Assembly (NCBI GenBank): GCA_963727255.1 | Contig: CAVSFC010000002.1 | Location: 64,001 to 128,000, forward strand | Direction of reading: 5' to 3' | Length of the DNA: 64,000 bases | Source: an uncultured bacterium | GTDB taxonomy: Bacteria; Babelota; Babeliae; Babelales; Vermiphilaceae | In this document: piece by piece, positions 8,744 to 18,035 of the stretch | Layout of the letters: each line of letters begins with the position of its first letter | Position numbering within the stretch: the stretch's first letter is position 1 | The notes under the pieces: model-generated | Seen by the model: the letters and a program-made list of their open reading frames with translations, nothing else | Database searches by the model: none | Told to the model about the DNA's origin: nothing | Program-made: the position numbers and the translations under genes

Positions 8744-9603
8744 ATGAATAAATCATTCTTTATTATTGCAGCAAGCATTGTTTTATTGCTTTCCGCTTCT
8801 ATTTTTTGGGCAATAACTCGTAGTAATTCAAACAACCAGCAAGCTCTAAAGAGCCGGCCAACCAACCCTCACCGGTCGCAGAGCTTACTGCTGAAAGTGC
8901 AACACAAGTACTTACAAATACACCGGGAATTTTAATTGTCGATTTTTATGCAGAATGGTGTGGCCCATGCAAAACTCTTAAGCCAGTTTTTGATGAAGTT
9001 GCTGAGGAGCTTAAAAATACACATTCTTTTGCACGCGCAAATGTTGATCATTGTGCAAATTTTGCAAAAGAATTTCAAATAATGTCCATACCAACCATAG
9101 TAATTTTCAGCAATGGTAAAGTTGTGGATAAAATTGTTGGGATGATAGCTAAAGATGCACTCATAGAAAGAATCGAACAAGCATTAAAGGGCCCTCAAGA
9201 TCTTTCTACTCTTTCGCAAGAAACTTTGAATGAAAAGCTTATTCAAGCTATCCAGGGCACTGCAGCAATTGATGACATTAAGAAAATCATTGATGCGGGA
9301 GCGGATGTTAATCATGTTACTTCCGGCGGCATGATGCCGGGCATTACTCCTTTATTGATGGCAATACTAATCAACGGATCCCGCGGTATAGATGCAACTG
9401 ATTTAGTTAGCGTACTACTAAAAAATGGCGCTTCTACCGAATTCGTTGATACTAAAAATGGTACTAAAACGCAAGCTTTTGATTTTGTGCAAATGATGAG
9501 CCAAAATGCTAAAAGAATCGCGGAAAATTATGATAAGATGGCTCAGGTATTAAAAGAAAATCAACCCAAGACAAAAGAAGACCGACTACAAAGTTCGAAT
9601 TGA
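8744..9603 (+). CDS. Membrane-anchored thioredoxin fused to an ankyrin-like domain; frameshift near 8850
   Basis: N-terminal TM, then IVDFYAEWCGPCK..SIPT, then IIDAGADVN..TPLLMA..LLKNGA. Confidence 0.75.
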
Positions 9604-9645
9604 TTTTTCTTTTAATATAAATAATAATATTACTTATTATTTTTC

Positions 9646-9734
9646 GGAGAGGTGGCAGAGCGGTTGAATGCGGCGGTCTTGAAAACCGTTATTCCGTGAG
9701 AACGGAATCGTGGGTTCGAATCCCACCCTCTCCT
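9646..9734 (+). tRNA. tRNA-Ser(TGA)
   Basis: GGAGAGG/CCTCTCC acceptor stem, GCGGT-CTTGAAA-ACCGT anticodon arm, long variable arm. Confidence 0.95.
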
Positions 9735-9741
9735 CATAAAA

Positions 9742-9792
9742 ATACCCAATTTTATACCCGATTATACCCAATCTTATCCAGTCATACCCAAT
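9742..9792. repeat. Short direct repeats ATACCC(A/G)AT
   Basis: Copies at 9742, 9754, 9764, 9784 and a degenerate copy at 9774. Confidence 0.7.
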
Positions 9793-9801
9793 TGGCTTGT
9801 T

Positions 9802-9933
9802 TTATTTCAGTTCCTGCCCTTTTTATGAAATAACAAAATTTGATTGTTATCTTATTTCATTTTTTTACCAATTATTGAAATAAGGGAATAAAAAAGCTAT
9901 TCTTATTTCATATTTAACCTTAAAATGAAATAA
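9802..9933. promoter_or_regulatory. Three tandem palindromic operator-like sites upstream of fic
   Basis: TTATTTCA-N16-TGAAATAA at 9802 and 9852; TTATTTCA-N15-TGAAATAA at 9903. Confidence 0.65.
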
Positions 9934-9940
9934 GGATATA

Positions 9941-11068
9941 ATGAAACGAGAAACCGGTCATTATCAGAAATTGGGCAATTTGGACTTCTTTGTCCCCAAT
10001 TCTTTGCCCCCAAAAGATCCTCCTTTTGAGCTTACTCCTGAACTTCACGATATTATATGGGCAAGCAATGCAACAGCTTGCAAAACTCAATGAAATGTCT
10101 TTAAGAATCCCAAATACTCAACGATTTTTAAAAGCATATGTTATTAAAGAGGCGCTTCTTTCTTCAGCAATCGAAGGTATTCATACAACCATAATTGATG
10201 TTTTCACTCAGCCAATTGAAGGCAGCAAACCAAGCAAAGAAACTCAATTAGTTCTCAATTATAAAAAGGCACTCGATGTCGCATTAGCGCTAATTCGCGA
10301 AAAAGGCATGCCTATCACCAACCGTATTATTTTAAGCGCGCATGAAGCATTAATGAATGAAGGAGAAGGAGAACGGGCAAATCCAGGCAATTATCGCAAA
10401 CAACCCGTACGTGTGGGCAAGTTGGTGCCTCCGCCCGCAAATCTAATTCCAGAATTAATGGCAGACTCTAGAAAAATATATTAACACTGATGATTCACTC
10501 CCCCTCTTGATTAAGGCTGGGCTTGCCCACGTACAATTTGAAACTATCCACCCATTTCTAGATGGCAATGGCCGCATTGGCCGTCTTCTGATTGTGCTTA
10601 TATTAATCGATAACGATTTATTGAATTCTCCAATCCTATATCCTTCCTACTATTTCAAAAAACACCATCTTGAATATTATCAACGCTTAGATTCAGTACG
10701 CACAAGATGGAGATTTCGAAGGTTGGATTAGCTATTATCTTAAAGGCATTATTGCAAGCAGTCAGGATGCCTATCGCCGAGCTTGCGACATTGAACTTCT
10801 TGAAAAGGAGATTAATGAACAACTTTCAGCCGATCAAATAACTGCACGAATGCATGAACAATTGTCCCGTACATTATTACTATTATTTCAATTCCCCATA
10901 ATTAATGCTAAAGAACTGGCAGCACAATTAGACAAAAGTTACAATGCTGCCAATAAACTTATTGCTTATTTTGTTAATAAAGGCATTTTACATGAAATTG
11001 GGGAGAAAAAGCGTAACAAGCTTTTCCAATTTAAGCAGTACCTTGAGCTACTAGAAAAAGAATATTAA
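9941..11068 (+). CDS. Fic-family protein (class II, C-terminal HTH-like region); several frameshifts
   Basis: MKRETG..FVPNSLPP start, inhibitory SSAIEG motif, catalytic HPFLDGNGRIGR. Confidence 0.85.
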
Positions 11069-11101
11069 CATATAACAACCCTTCATTAAAAAGGAATTTG
11101 C

Positions 11102-11575
11102 ATGGAAGCACACATTGGGTTAGCGCCAAAAACCCGCAAAGAGGTAAGCAAAATTCTTAATAATCTCCTTTCCGATGTATATCTTTTATACACCAAAACT
11201 TTAAAATATCATTGGAACGTCCATGGAATGGTTTTTCATGATTTCCATAAGCTTTTTTTAGAGCAATATGAAGCATTACTTGAAATTGCCGATGAACTTG
11301 CCGAGCGATCACGCGCTCTTGGCGAGCCTACCTTTGGAAGCATGACCGAATTTTTGAAGCATACTCGCTTAAAGGAAGAACCGGGTAAAATTCCTGATGC
11401 GCATGGCATGATTAAGCAATTGCTTGCTGATCATGAGACCATTATTCGACAAATGAGAGAAGATTTAGAAACTTGCGAAAAATTAGGCGATATGGGAACC
11501 AATAATTTCTTAACTGAAATCATGGAAAGACATGAAAAATTTGCCTGGATGTTTCGCGCAACCGCACAGAAATAA
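11102..11575 (+). CDS. dps: Dps/ferritin-like DNA-protection protein
   Basis: YHWNVHG..FHKLF..QY..DELAER and HEKFAWMF. Confidence 0.95.
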   Translation: MEAHIGLAPKTRKEVSKILNNLLSDVYLLYTKTLKYHWNVHGMVFHDFHKLFLEQYEALLEIADELAERSRALGEPTFGSMTEFLKHTRLKEEPGKIPDAHGMIKQLLADHETIIRQMREDLETCEKLGDMGTNNFLTEIMERHEKFAWMFRATAQK

Positions 11576-11603
11576 TAAATTTAAATAAGAATTTTGAAAA
11601 TAT

Positions 11604-11972
11604 TTATTGGAAATAGATGAGATTTTCAAAAGCAAGAGCCATATTTTCTTGCAGAGACTCTTGATCTTTGCTTGAAAGCTTACCAATACGTTTTTTAATT
11701 AATCGGTTATCAAGAGTAAATAATTTCAACCGTATAATTGAAGGCTTTTCTAGCCCACAGCTTTTCACATTACCGATTGGCACATCCAAGGGCCATGAGC
11801 TATGCATAGCACTCGTAATCATCGCAAGAACTGTATGACTTGTTGGGCCATTAAAGTGTTTTTCGGATGATATAACTAAAGCAGGCCTATTTTTAGATTT
11901 TAATGAATCCACAAATGGAAAAGGCACAACTACAACATCAAATGTCTTGTAAATGTTCATAATCTGCTTCAT
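11604..11972 (-). CDS. PemK/MazF-family toxin
   Basis: FDVVVVPFPF..KNRPALVIS, AMITS, KPSIIR. Confidence 0.85.
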   Translation of the reverse strand: MKQIMNIYKTFDVVVVPFPFVDSLKSKNRPALVISSEKHFNGPTSHTVLAMITSAMHSSWPLDVPIGNVKSCGLEKPSIIRLKLFTLDNRLIKKRIGKLSSKDQESLQENMALAFENLIYFQ

Positions 11973-12174
11973 CGTAAGCTGAATTCCATTCGCTCAAGGT
12001 TTTAGCGATAGCCTTCAGATATTCTTTATCAAATGGCATACTTTTTTTCATGACAATAATATTATTGTCAATAACCTTAAAAATAATAGCATCTCCAGCT
12101 TTTAGCTTAAGTTTTTGACGCACTTCTTTTGGGATAGTCGCTTGAAACTTAGTGGTTAATTTTGAAGCACTCAT
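11938..12174 (-). CDS. AbrB/MazE-family antitoxin
   Basis: SKLTTKFQATIPKEVRQKLKLKAGD; overlaps the toxin start. Confidence 0.85.
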   Translation of the reverse strand: MSASKLTTKFQATIPKEVRQKLKLKAGDAIIFKVIDNNIIVMKKSMPFDKEYLKAIAKTLSEWNSAYDEADYEHLQDI

Positions 12175-12195
12175 GCAAAACCCTTATTTAATAGA

Positions 12196-12236
12196 TAGGT
12201 AATACCAGTATTACCTAGACTGGATGTTTTTGTCAA
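12196..12236 (-). promoter_or_regulatory. Toxin-antitoxin promoter with palindromic operator
   Basis: Perfect IR TAGGTAATAC-CA-GTATTACCTA (12196-12217) overlapping the -10 region; TTGACA on the minus strand at 12231-12236. Confidence 0.65.
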
Positions 12237-12255
12237 ATTAGATGCTTTTTAAAGC

Positions 12256-12284
12256 AAAGCCCCCGGCATTCTGCCGGGGGCTTT
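12256..12284. terminator. Rho-independent terminator
   Basis: AAAGCCCCCGGCA-TTC-TGCCGGGGGCTTT. Confidence 0.8.
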
Positions 12285-12314
12285 ATTAAATACCTAATTT
12301 TCGAAAAGAATTTT

Positions 12315-12458
12315 TTACATCTTCAATTTATAACGCAGTAATTCATTATTTTCTTGTAAACATTTTGACTCTTTGATCAGATCCTTGGTAACATCGATCT
12401 TTATCTCATACGGCTTTTCCAAGCGATCTTCTATTTTTTTCTTGAGATTAGTTGGCAT
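12315..12458 (-). CDS. Small hypothetical protein, 47 aa (absent from the ORF track)
   Basis: MPTNLKKKIEDRLEKPYEIK...YKLKM*; purine-rich leader, terminator directly downstream. Confidence 0.4.
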   Translation of the reverse strand: MPTNLKKKIEDRLEKPYEIKIDVTKDLIKESKCLQENNELLRYKLKM

Positions 12459-12580
12459 ATTTCCGCCTATTCATGCAGGAATTGCGGCCATAACTGAATG
12501 AATTATTGCAAATAGAAAATATTTAATGGTATGGTAAGGGTAGCAATGAGTAGAGTTTGTAGAAAGAGGAGAATTCTTTT

Positions 12581-12817
12581 ATGAATTGTATAAAAATTAT
12601 CCTTGCAATAGCTGCGTTTTTAAGCCTTTCAAGCTTGGCTATGGGCCAAGAGATGGAATTTAGGGTCCCAACCCCGCCGGTGATGGAAGTTCCGGTGATA
12701 GCCTCATTGGATGATGAAACCATGGAACAAGCAATGACTGCGACCCCTGAAATCACCGAATCAGGAACCAAGGCTACTGGAACATCAGAGGAAACCGCAA
12801 CATCCGAAGCTCAATAA
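12581..12817 (+). CDS. Small acidic exported hypothetical protein
   Basis: GAGGAG RBS, signal peptide, E/T-rich low-complexity body. Confidence 0.6.
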   Translation: MNCIKIILAIAAFLSLSSLAMGQEMEFRVPTPPVMEVPVIASLDDETMEQAMTATPEITESGTKATGTSEETATSEAQ

Positions 12818-13075
12818 CTTTCATTCTGCTTCGCAAAACACGAGTTTTGCTTTGAAGAATTTCATTTACCCCACTTCTACAGCAACGCCTTGCAGGGATT
12901 ATTCCCTCGGGGCCTTGAAAATTTCCGTTCGCCGAGCACCCTTATTTCTATTTGAATCATATCCGATCGGAGCGGGCCAGGCCATTTGCAATTGTCTAAA
13001 TATCATTTCTATGCTACTTTATTGATATATGTGAGGCAAAAATATCCAGATTACTTTCGACCCCGGTAGATAGAT

Positions 13076-14644
13076 ATGAAATTAGTAAAAATTATACCCT
13101 ATTGCTTATTTGCTTTAACTTCATTCATTGGCAATGCATCTGCTCAAAAAGCGCAAAAAGCTACAGTAAAACAAGCCCCTGCAAAATCATGCGCTGAATC
13201 AAAGAGCACTTCGACTAAAACGCAAAAAGCAGAATCGATCCACTCTCATGAATTGGGATTCTCTTCTTTAAAATCAGAAGCTTTTAATATATCATTACCG
13301 ATCACCGGATCAGTGCCCGAATGGCTTCATGGTTCATTTATTACCATTGGGCCGAGCATTTTTGAGCTTAACCAGACCAAGGCAGATCATTGGCTTGATG
13401 GATTTGCCATGATTCATCAATTTGCGCTGGAAAAAGGGACCGCAAAGTATACTAATAAATTGATTAATTCATTGTATCATCAAGATTGCTGCAGCAAAGG
13501 GAAATTGCGCGGAAGCACACCGGAGCAAAAAAAATCTACCTGGTCCAAGCTTACTTCTGCGATCAGTAGTGCGCCCCGCCCAGTGTATGATAACACCAAC
13601 ATGAACGTTGCGATTTACAATAATCAATTGGTTGCGCTCACTGAGACGCCACATGTATTGCAAATTAACCCCAAAACAATGGAAACCAAAGGCAATTTTA
13701 CTTTTGATGATAAGATTGAAGCCCAATTTGCATCAGCCCATGCGCTCTTTGATCCAGCAACTCAAGAATGGTATGGTTTTGCAATTCAATATGCTCATAA
13801 TAGCGATTATATTGTGTATAAAATGAAAGCGAACAGCAATCAACGCACCGTTATTGCGCGGATCTCAGTTGGTTATCCTTCGTATATGCATAGCTTTGCA
13901 CTCACAAAAAATTATATTATTTTAACTGAATCGCCTTTCACCGTGAGCCCGTATGATCTTTTATTATCAGATCATTCATTTATTGAAAATTTTACTTGGA
14001 AGCCTAAAAACGGTACATCTTTTATCGTGATCGATAGGAAAACCGGGAAGAAAATAACGACCTATAAAACCGATGCGTTCTTTGCATTGCATCATGTGAA
14101 TGCCTTTGAAAAGGATAACCAGATTATACTCGATATGGTTACCTATAAAGATGCAGAAATTGTAGAAGCATTTAACATCAAAAATCTAAAAAGCTCGCAC
14201 ACAAAACTGCCTGCCGGCCATTTAAAACGTTTTACTATTGATCAGAAAACGTGCAAAGTAAGCGGCCACCTGCTTTCGCCTCATAATAATGTTGAGCTAC
14301 CGCAGATTAATCATGCAAAATTGATGCAAGATTATCGCTATGTGTATGCAACAGGATCGAACGAAGATGGGATTGCACATCAATTAGTAAAATTCGATCT
14401 GAATTCAAAACGCCATGAGATCTGGAAATGCAAAGGCTGCTATCCAACTGAACCAATCTTCGTTGCAAAACCAGGCGCAATAGATGAAGATGATGGGCTC
14501 ATTCTCTCATTAGTGCTCGATGCGATCGCACAAACCTCATTCTTGCTTATTCTCGATGCAAAAACTTTCAAAGAATTAGGCAGAGCCTCTGTTCCGCATC
14601 ATATTCCATTTACTGTTCACAGCAAATTCTTTGCAATCAATTAA
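13076..14644 (+). CDS. Carotenoid oxygenase (RPE65/CCD family) with signal peptide
   Basis: HWLDGFAM, NTNMNV, four candidate Fe-ligand His (SAH, YMHSF, LHHVNAFE, VHSKF), EPIFV..EDDG. Confidence 0.92.
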   Translation: MKLVKIIPYCLFALTSFIGNASAQKAQKATVKQAPAKSCAESKSTSTKTQKAESIHSHELGFSSLKSEAFNISLPITGSVPEWLHGSFITIGPSIFELNQTKADHWLDGFAMIHQFALEKGTAKYTNKLINSLYHQDCCSKGKLRGSTPEQKKSTWSKLTSAISSAPRPVYDNTNMNVAIYNNQLVALTETPHVLQINPKTMETKGNFTFDDKIEAQFASAHALFDPATQEWYGFAIQYAHNSDYIVYKMKANSNQRTVIARISVGYPSYMHSFALTKNYIILTESPFTVSPYDLLLSDHSFIENFTWKPKNGTSFIVIDRKTGKKITTYKTDAFFALHHVNAFEKDNQIILDMVTYKDAEIVEAFNIKNLKSSHTKLPAGHLKRFTIDQKTCKVSGHLLSPHNNVELPQINHAKLMQDYRYVYATGSNEDGIAHQLVKFDLNSKRHEIWKCKGCYPTEPIFVAKPGAIDEDDGLILSLVLDAIAQTSFLLILDAKTFKELGRASVPHHIPFTVHSKFFAIN

Positions 14645-16486
14645 AGTTTTGGTTTTACCGTCCCGAATAATTCGAGGATTCCTTCATACTTTGTAGCCTG
14701 AACCAGTTCTTGTGGATTTTTACCCGCAGATAATTGATCTTCCCGCTGTTTATAATGCGCTGCTAGTTCTCGAGCGGTAAAGAATTCTTTATCTAAAGAA
14801 TTTCCTTCAGAAGTCACTTCCTTCACCGTTATAGGAAAATTATTTTTTTTATCGGGATCAGCACCGTATTCGAGAAACAATTTTATGAGTGAAAGGATAT
14901 CTTGACCTTTTCTGGTTGCATGCCTTTGAACCAAACTGATTAATGGTAAAACAATTTTTTTATTGGAGACATCATAGTTTTTGTTCGGATCCGCTTTATT
15001 TTTCAGTAATAACTCAGCTAATCTAGAATCGTGCTTAGAGACTGCAATAGCAAGAGCTGATTTCTTATTCTTCTTTGAGCCAAACCAAAGATTACATGCA
15101 ACATTCGAATCTGCACCAAACTTAAGTAATAGTTCAATAGTATTATAAGGCAATGCTTTAAAACTGCTATTTGCTATATCAGGGAGCAATCGATAAGCTC
15201 CAATCATCAAGAACATATTCAAAATTTGGATTGAGCCAATTCCTTTCCAAAAGAATTTTTATAAATGAACAGTATTTTGAACTAACTGCCAATTTTAGTG
15301 CTTGCATAAACTGATCTTTGGTACACTTTTTGCCTAATGGCCCCAATGCAAGAAAATCACTTATAGTTTTCTCATATTTTGCAGCATTACTTTCTGCTAC
15401 TGCTTGTGCAAGCTTCCTACTATCAAAATCATTTTTGCTCTTTTTTCTAGCTTGATCTTCATCGATTTGCATCGCTATACAAGCAATTGGAGATGGTTTC
15501 TTTTTTACCGTATCAAATAATGAAAGAATTTCCTGCGTTTCATGAGAATAACGCTGCGCTAATTCCCGGGCGGACCCGAATGGTTCTATTTCATGAGTTT
15601 CTTTAAATACCCCGCACGCTTCTATAAAGTTAGTTGAAACGTGTCTCGTTTCCCCATCCATCGACAGCTTATCCCCCAATTCGAATGCATTATATTTTTC
15701 ATTATCGCGCGCATCAGGATCGGCGCCATATTCAAGCAACAAGGCTATTTGTTGAATTATTGTTTCTTGAAGCGGATCTGCATAATTTACTCCTAGACTG
15801 CCGCGTTTAGAGCGTTTTGACCGCTCATAGGCCAATCTATCAGCTCGCACTATGTAATCAGTTACTTCATTAATGAGGGGCAATAATTGAATCGGGTATT
15901 GATGTAATTCCCGCTCTCCTGCCTGATTTAAAAGAAATACCGGTGTTGAATGATGCCGTTTATTCGGATCAGCCTTATACTTCAATAATAATTCCACTAA
16001 TTCCGGATGTTCATTTTGCTGCAAAGCAATATTAAGAGGAGTTACAAGATTTGTTCGTGAACTCGATGCTGGAATATTGGGATCCGCGCCAAATTGTAAA
16101 AATAATTCGATAGTATTAAGATTTGGTTCCCTTGGATAATGATCAGTCATTTGATTTAATAATCGATAAGAATGTCCGCTTTCACTTTTATATTCGGAAT
16201 TAGGGTTTAGCCAACCATTTTCTAAAAAATCTTTTAAAGCTGTATTATAATGAGGCTTTACTGCTAGTTTTGTGATAAAATTAAACTGATGGCGATCAAG
16301 CTTTTCAGGCCAAGGCGCCTTATCAATAAAATCAGAAATTATTTTCTCATATTTGGGCACTTTTGAGTAAGCCACTTCATGCGCTAGCTGCTTAACATCA
16401 AAATCATTTTTAGCGTGCACAATTTGGGCAGTTTCCATAGCAGGCAATGCAAATGGAATTCCTAGTAATAATATAATGCGTTTCAT
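14641..16486 (-). CDS. Exported two-module ankyrin-repeat protein; frameshift near 15200 joins ORFs 15179..16486 and 14641..15222
   Basis: Signal peptide ..ALPAME; repeated LLLKYKADPN/GADP motifs. Confidence 0.8.
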
Positions 16487-16493
16487 TATTCCC

Positions 16494-17930
16494 CTATTTA
16501 GCGATTAATGATGGTTTTGTTTTTACCGCATCAAACAAACTTAAGACTTGATCAAATTCATATCGGATTGCCAATTCTCGAGCGGTAAAATATCCTTGAT
16601 GTATTTTATCAGATTTTTCTTCAATTTCTATTGCAATGTTATTCTTCATATCAGGATCGGCGCCGGATTTAAGAGCTAAGGCCATTAATGAGAGGCATTC
16701 TTTTGCCATTTCTGGATTGGTACATGTGCGATACAGATTCACTAATCTGATTAATGGCAATGGATTTTTTGATGGTTCGGGTTGCTTATTAGGATCAGCG
16801 CCATGCTTAAGGAACAAATCAAATAACCTATAATTTTCAAGATTTAATGCTTTATCAAGAAGCGACTCATACACTATTTCTATTTTTGTCTTATCGATTT
16901 CAGCACACTGAGAATCAGGATTGAGCCACTTTGTTTCTAAAAGTGCTTCCAATAACGGATAATACTGGGGCTTCAAACAGAGCTTATTTACCTCGCAATC
17001 TTGCCAAGCATTAAGTTGCTTTCCAAATCGGCCCGGCTCAATAACAGAGTTAATCTTTTGTACTGCTTTATGATTCGCTACTTTTTGAGCAAGTTCTTTG
17101 ATATTGAAATCTTCTTTTGATTTTATTGAACAATTTTTCTGCCGCTGCTTAAAATTAATAAATGGGAATTTCTCTTGCGCATGGTTAACCAGATCTTTAA
17201 ACCGTTGATCATCATACTTTTCAAATAATTCGCGAATAGTTTTACAATCAGTCCCATCCACCTTCCAATCTCCTTTTGCATCAATATCCGCCCCATGTTT
17301 AACGAATAAAGCAATAAAAGGCACATATGCTTGATTCTGGCTTTCATGGTAAGAATTTACCAGTTGCACCAATGGTAATGGGTAGCCCGAAAATTGTTTA
17401 TTAGCATCGGCGCCATATTTAAGCAAAAGCTCGGTTAAGGGATAATCACAATGAGTTAATGCCGCTTCATTGAGCATAGGATACTTATGTTCCCATCCGC
17501 ACGTTGAACAATAATCGCATAAAACATTAGGGTCTGCACCCGCAGCTAAAAATGTTTCGATATTATTTTGAGGGCGACGCGTTGGGCGATAGATGAGCTG
17601 AGTAAAAAGCAGATATGTTTTATCTCCATTTTTACACTCAGCATTCGGATTAAGCCATCCTGATTCTAAAAGTTTTTTTAAAACAACATTAAAATGAGGC
17701 TTTAGTACTATTTTTTTGGCACACTCAAATTGATTTTTAGTAAGTGATTCAGTTAGCGGGCATTGATCAATAAAATTAGAGATTATCTTCTCATATTTGG
17801 GAGCGTGAACTCGGGCCACTTCTTGCGCAACTCTATTAATATCAAAATCTTTTGAATTATTTACTTCTTGAGGAATTTCCATTGCATGCAAAGCAAATGG
17901 AGTAAAGATTACTAACAATAACTTTCTCAT
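16494..17930 (-). CDS. Exported two-module ankyrin-repeat protein
   Basis: Signal peptide ..ALHAME; GADPN repeats; paralogous to neighbours. Confidence 0.85.
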   Translation of the reverse strand: MRKLLLVIFTPFALHAMEIPQEVNNSKDFDINRVAQEVARVHAPKYEKIISNFIDQCPLTESLTKNQFECAKKIVLKPHFNVVLKKLLESGWLNPNAECKNGDKTYLLFTQLIYRPTRRPQNNIETFLAAGADPNVLCDYCSTCGWEHKYPMLNEAALTHCDYPLTELLLKYGADANKQFSGYPLPLVQLVNSYHESQNQAYVPFIALFVKHGADIDAKGDWKVDGTDCKTIRELFEKYDDQRFKDLVNHAQEKFPFINFKQRQKNCSIKSKEDFNIKELAQKVANHKAVQKINSVIEPGRFGKQLNAWQDCEVNKLCLKPQYYPLLEALLETKWLNPDSQCAEIDKTKIEIVYESLLDKALNLENYRLFDLFLKHGADPNKQPEPSKNPLPLIRLVNLYRTCTNPEMAKECLSLMALALKSGADPDMKNNIAIEIEEKSDKIHQGYFTARELAIRYEFDQVLSLFDAVKTKPSLIAK

Positions 17931-17957
17931 ACGCAGCCTTTTTTAGCTTGATCAGAA

Positions 17958-18035
17958 TTATGGTTTCTTCTTTACACTATCAAAGAGATTGAGTATATCG
18001 GTATAGTTATATGCGGTTGCAAGTTCTCGCGGAGT
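17958..18035 (-). pseudogene. Orphan C-terminal cap of an ankyrin paralog
   Basis: TPRELATAYNYTDILNLFDSVKKKP* in frame directly after the stop of 18036..18815. Confidence 0.7.

Noticed and set aside
9941..12174. Intact prophage, ICE or defence island
   Set aside because: No integrase, phage or recognisable defence genes; only fic, dps and one TA pair.
12930..12985. WPAPIGY peptide on the minus strand as a serine recombinase remnant
   Set aside because: Too short, interrupted by stops, with no other recombinase motifs.
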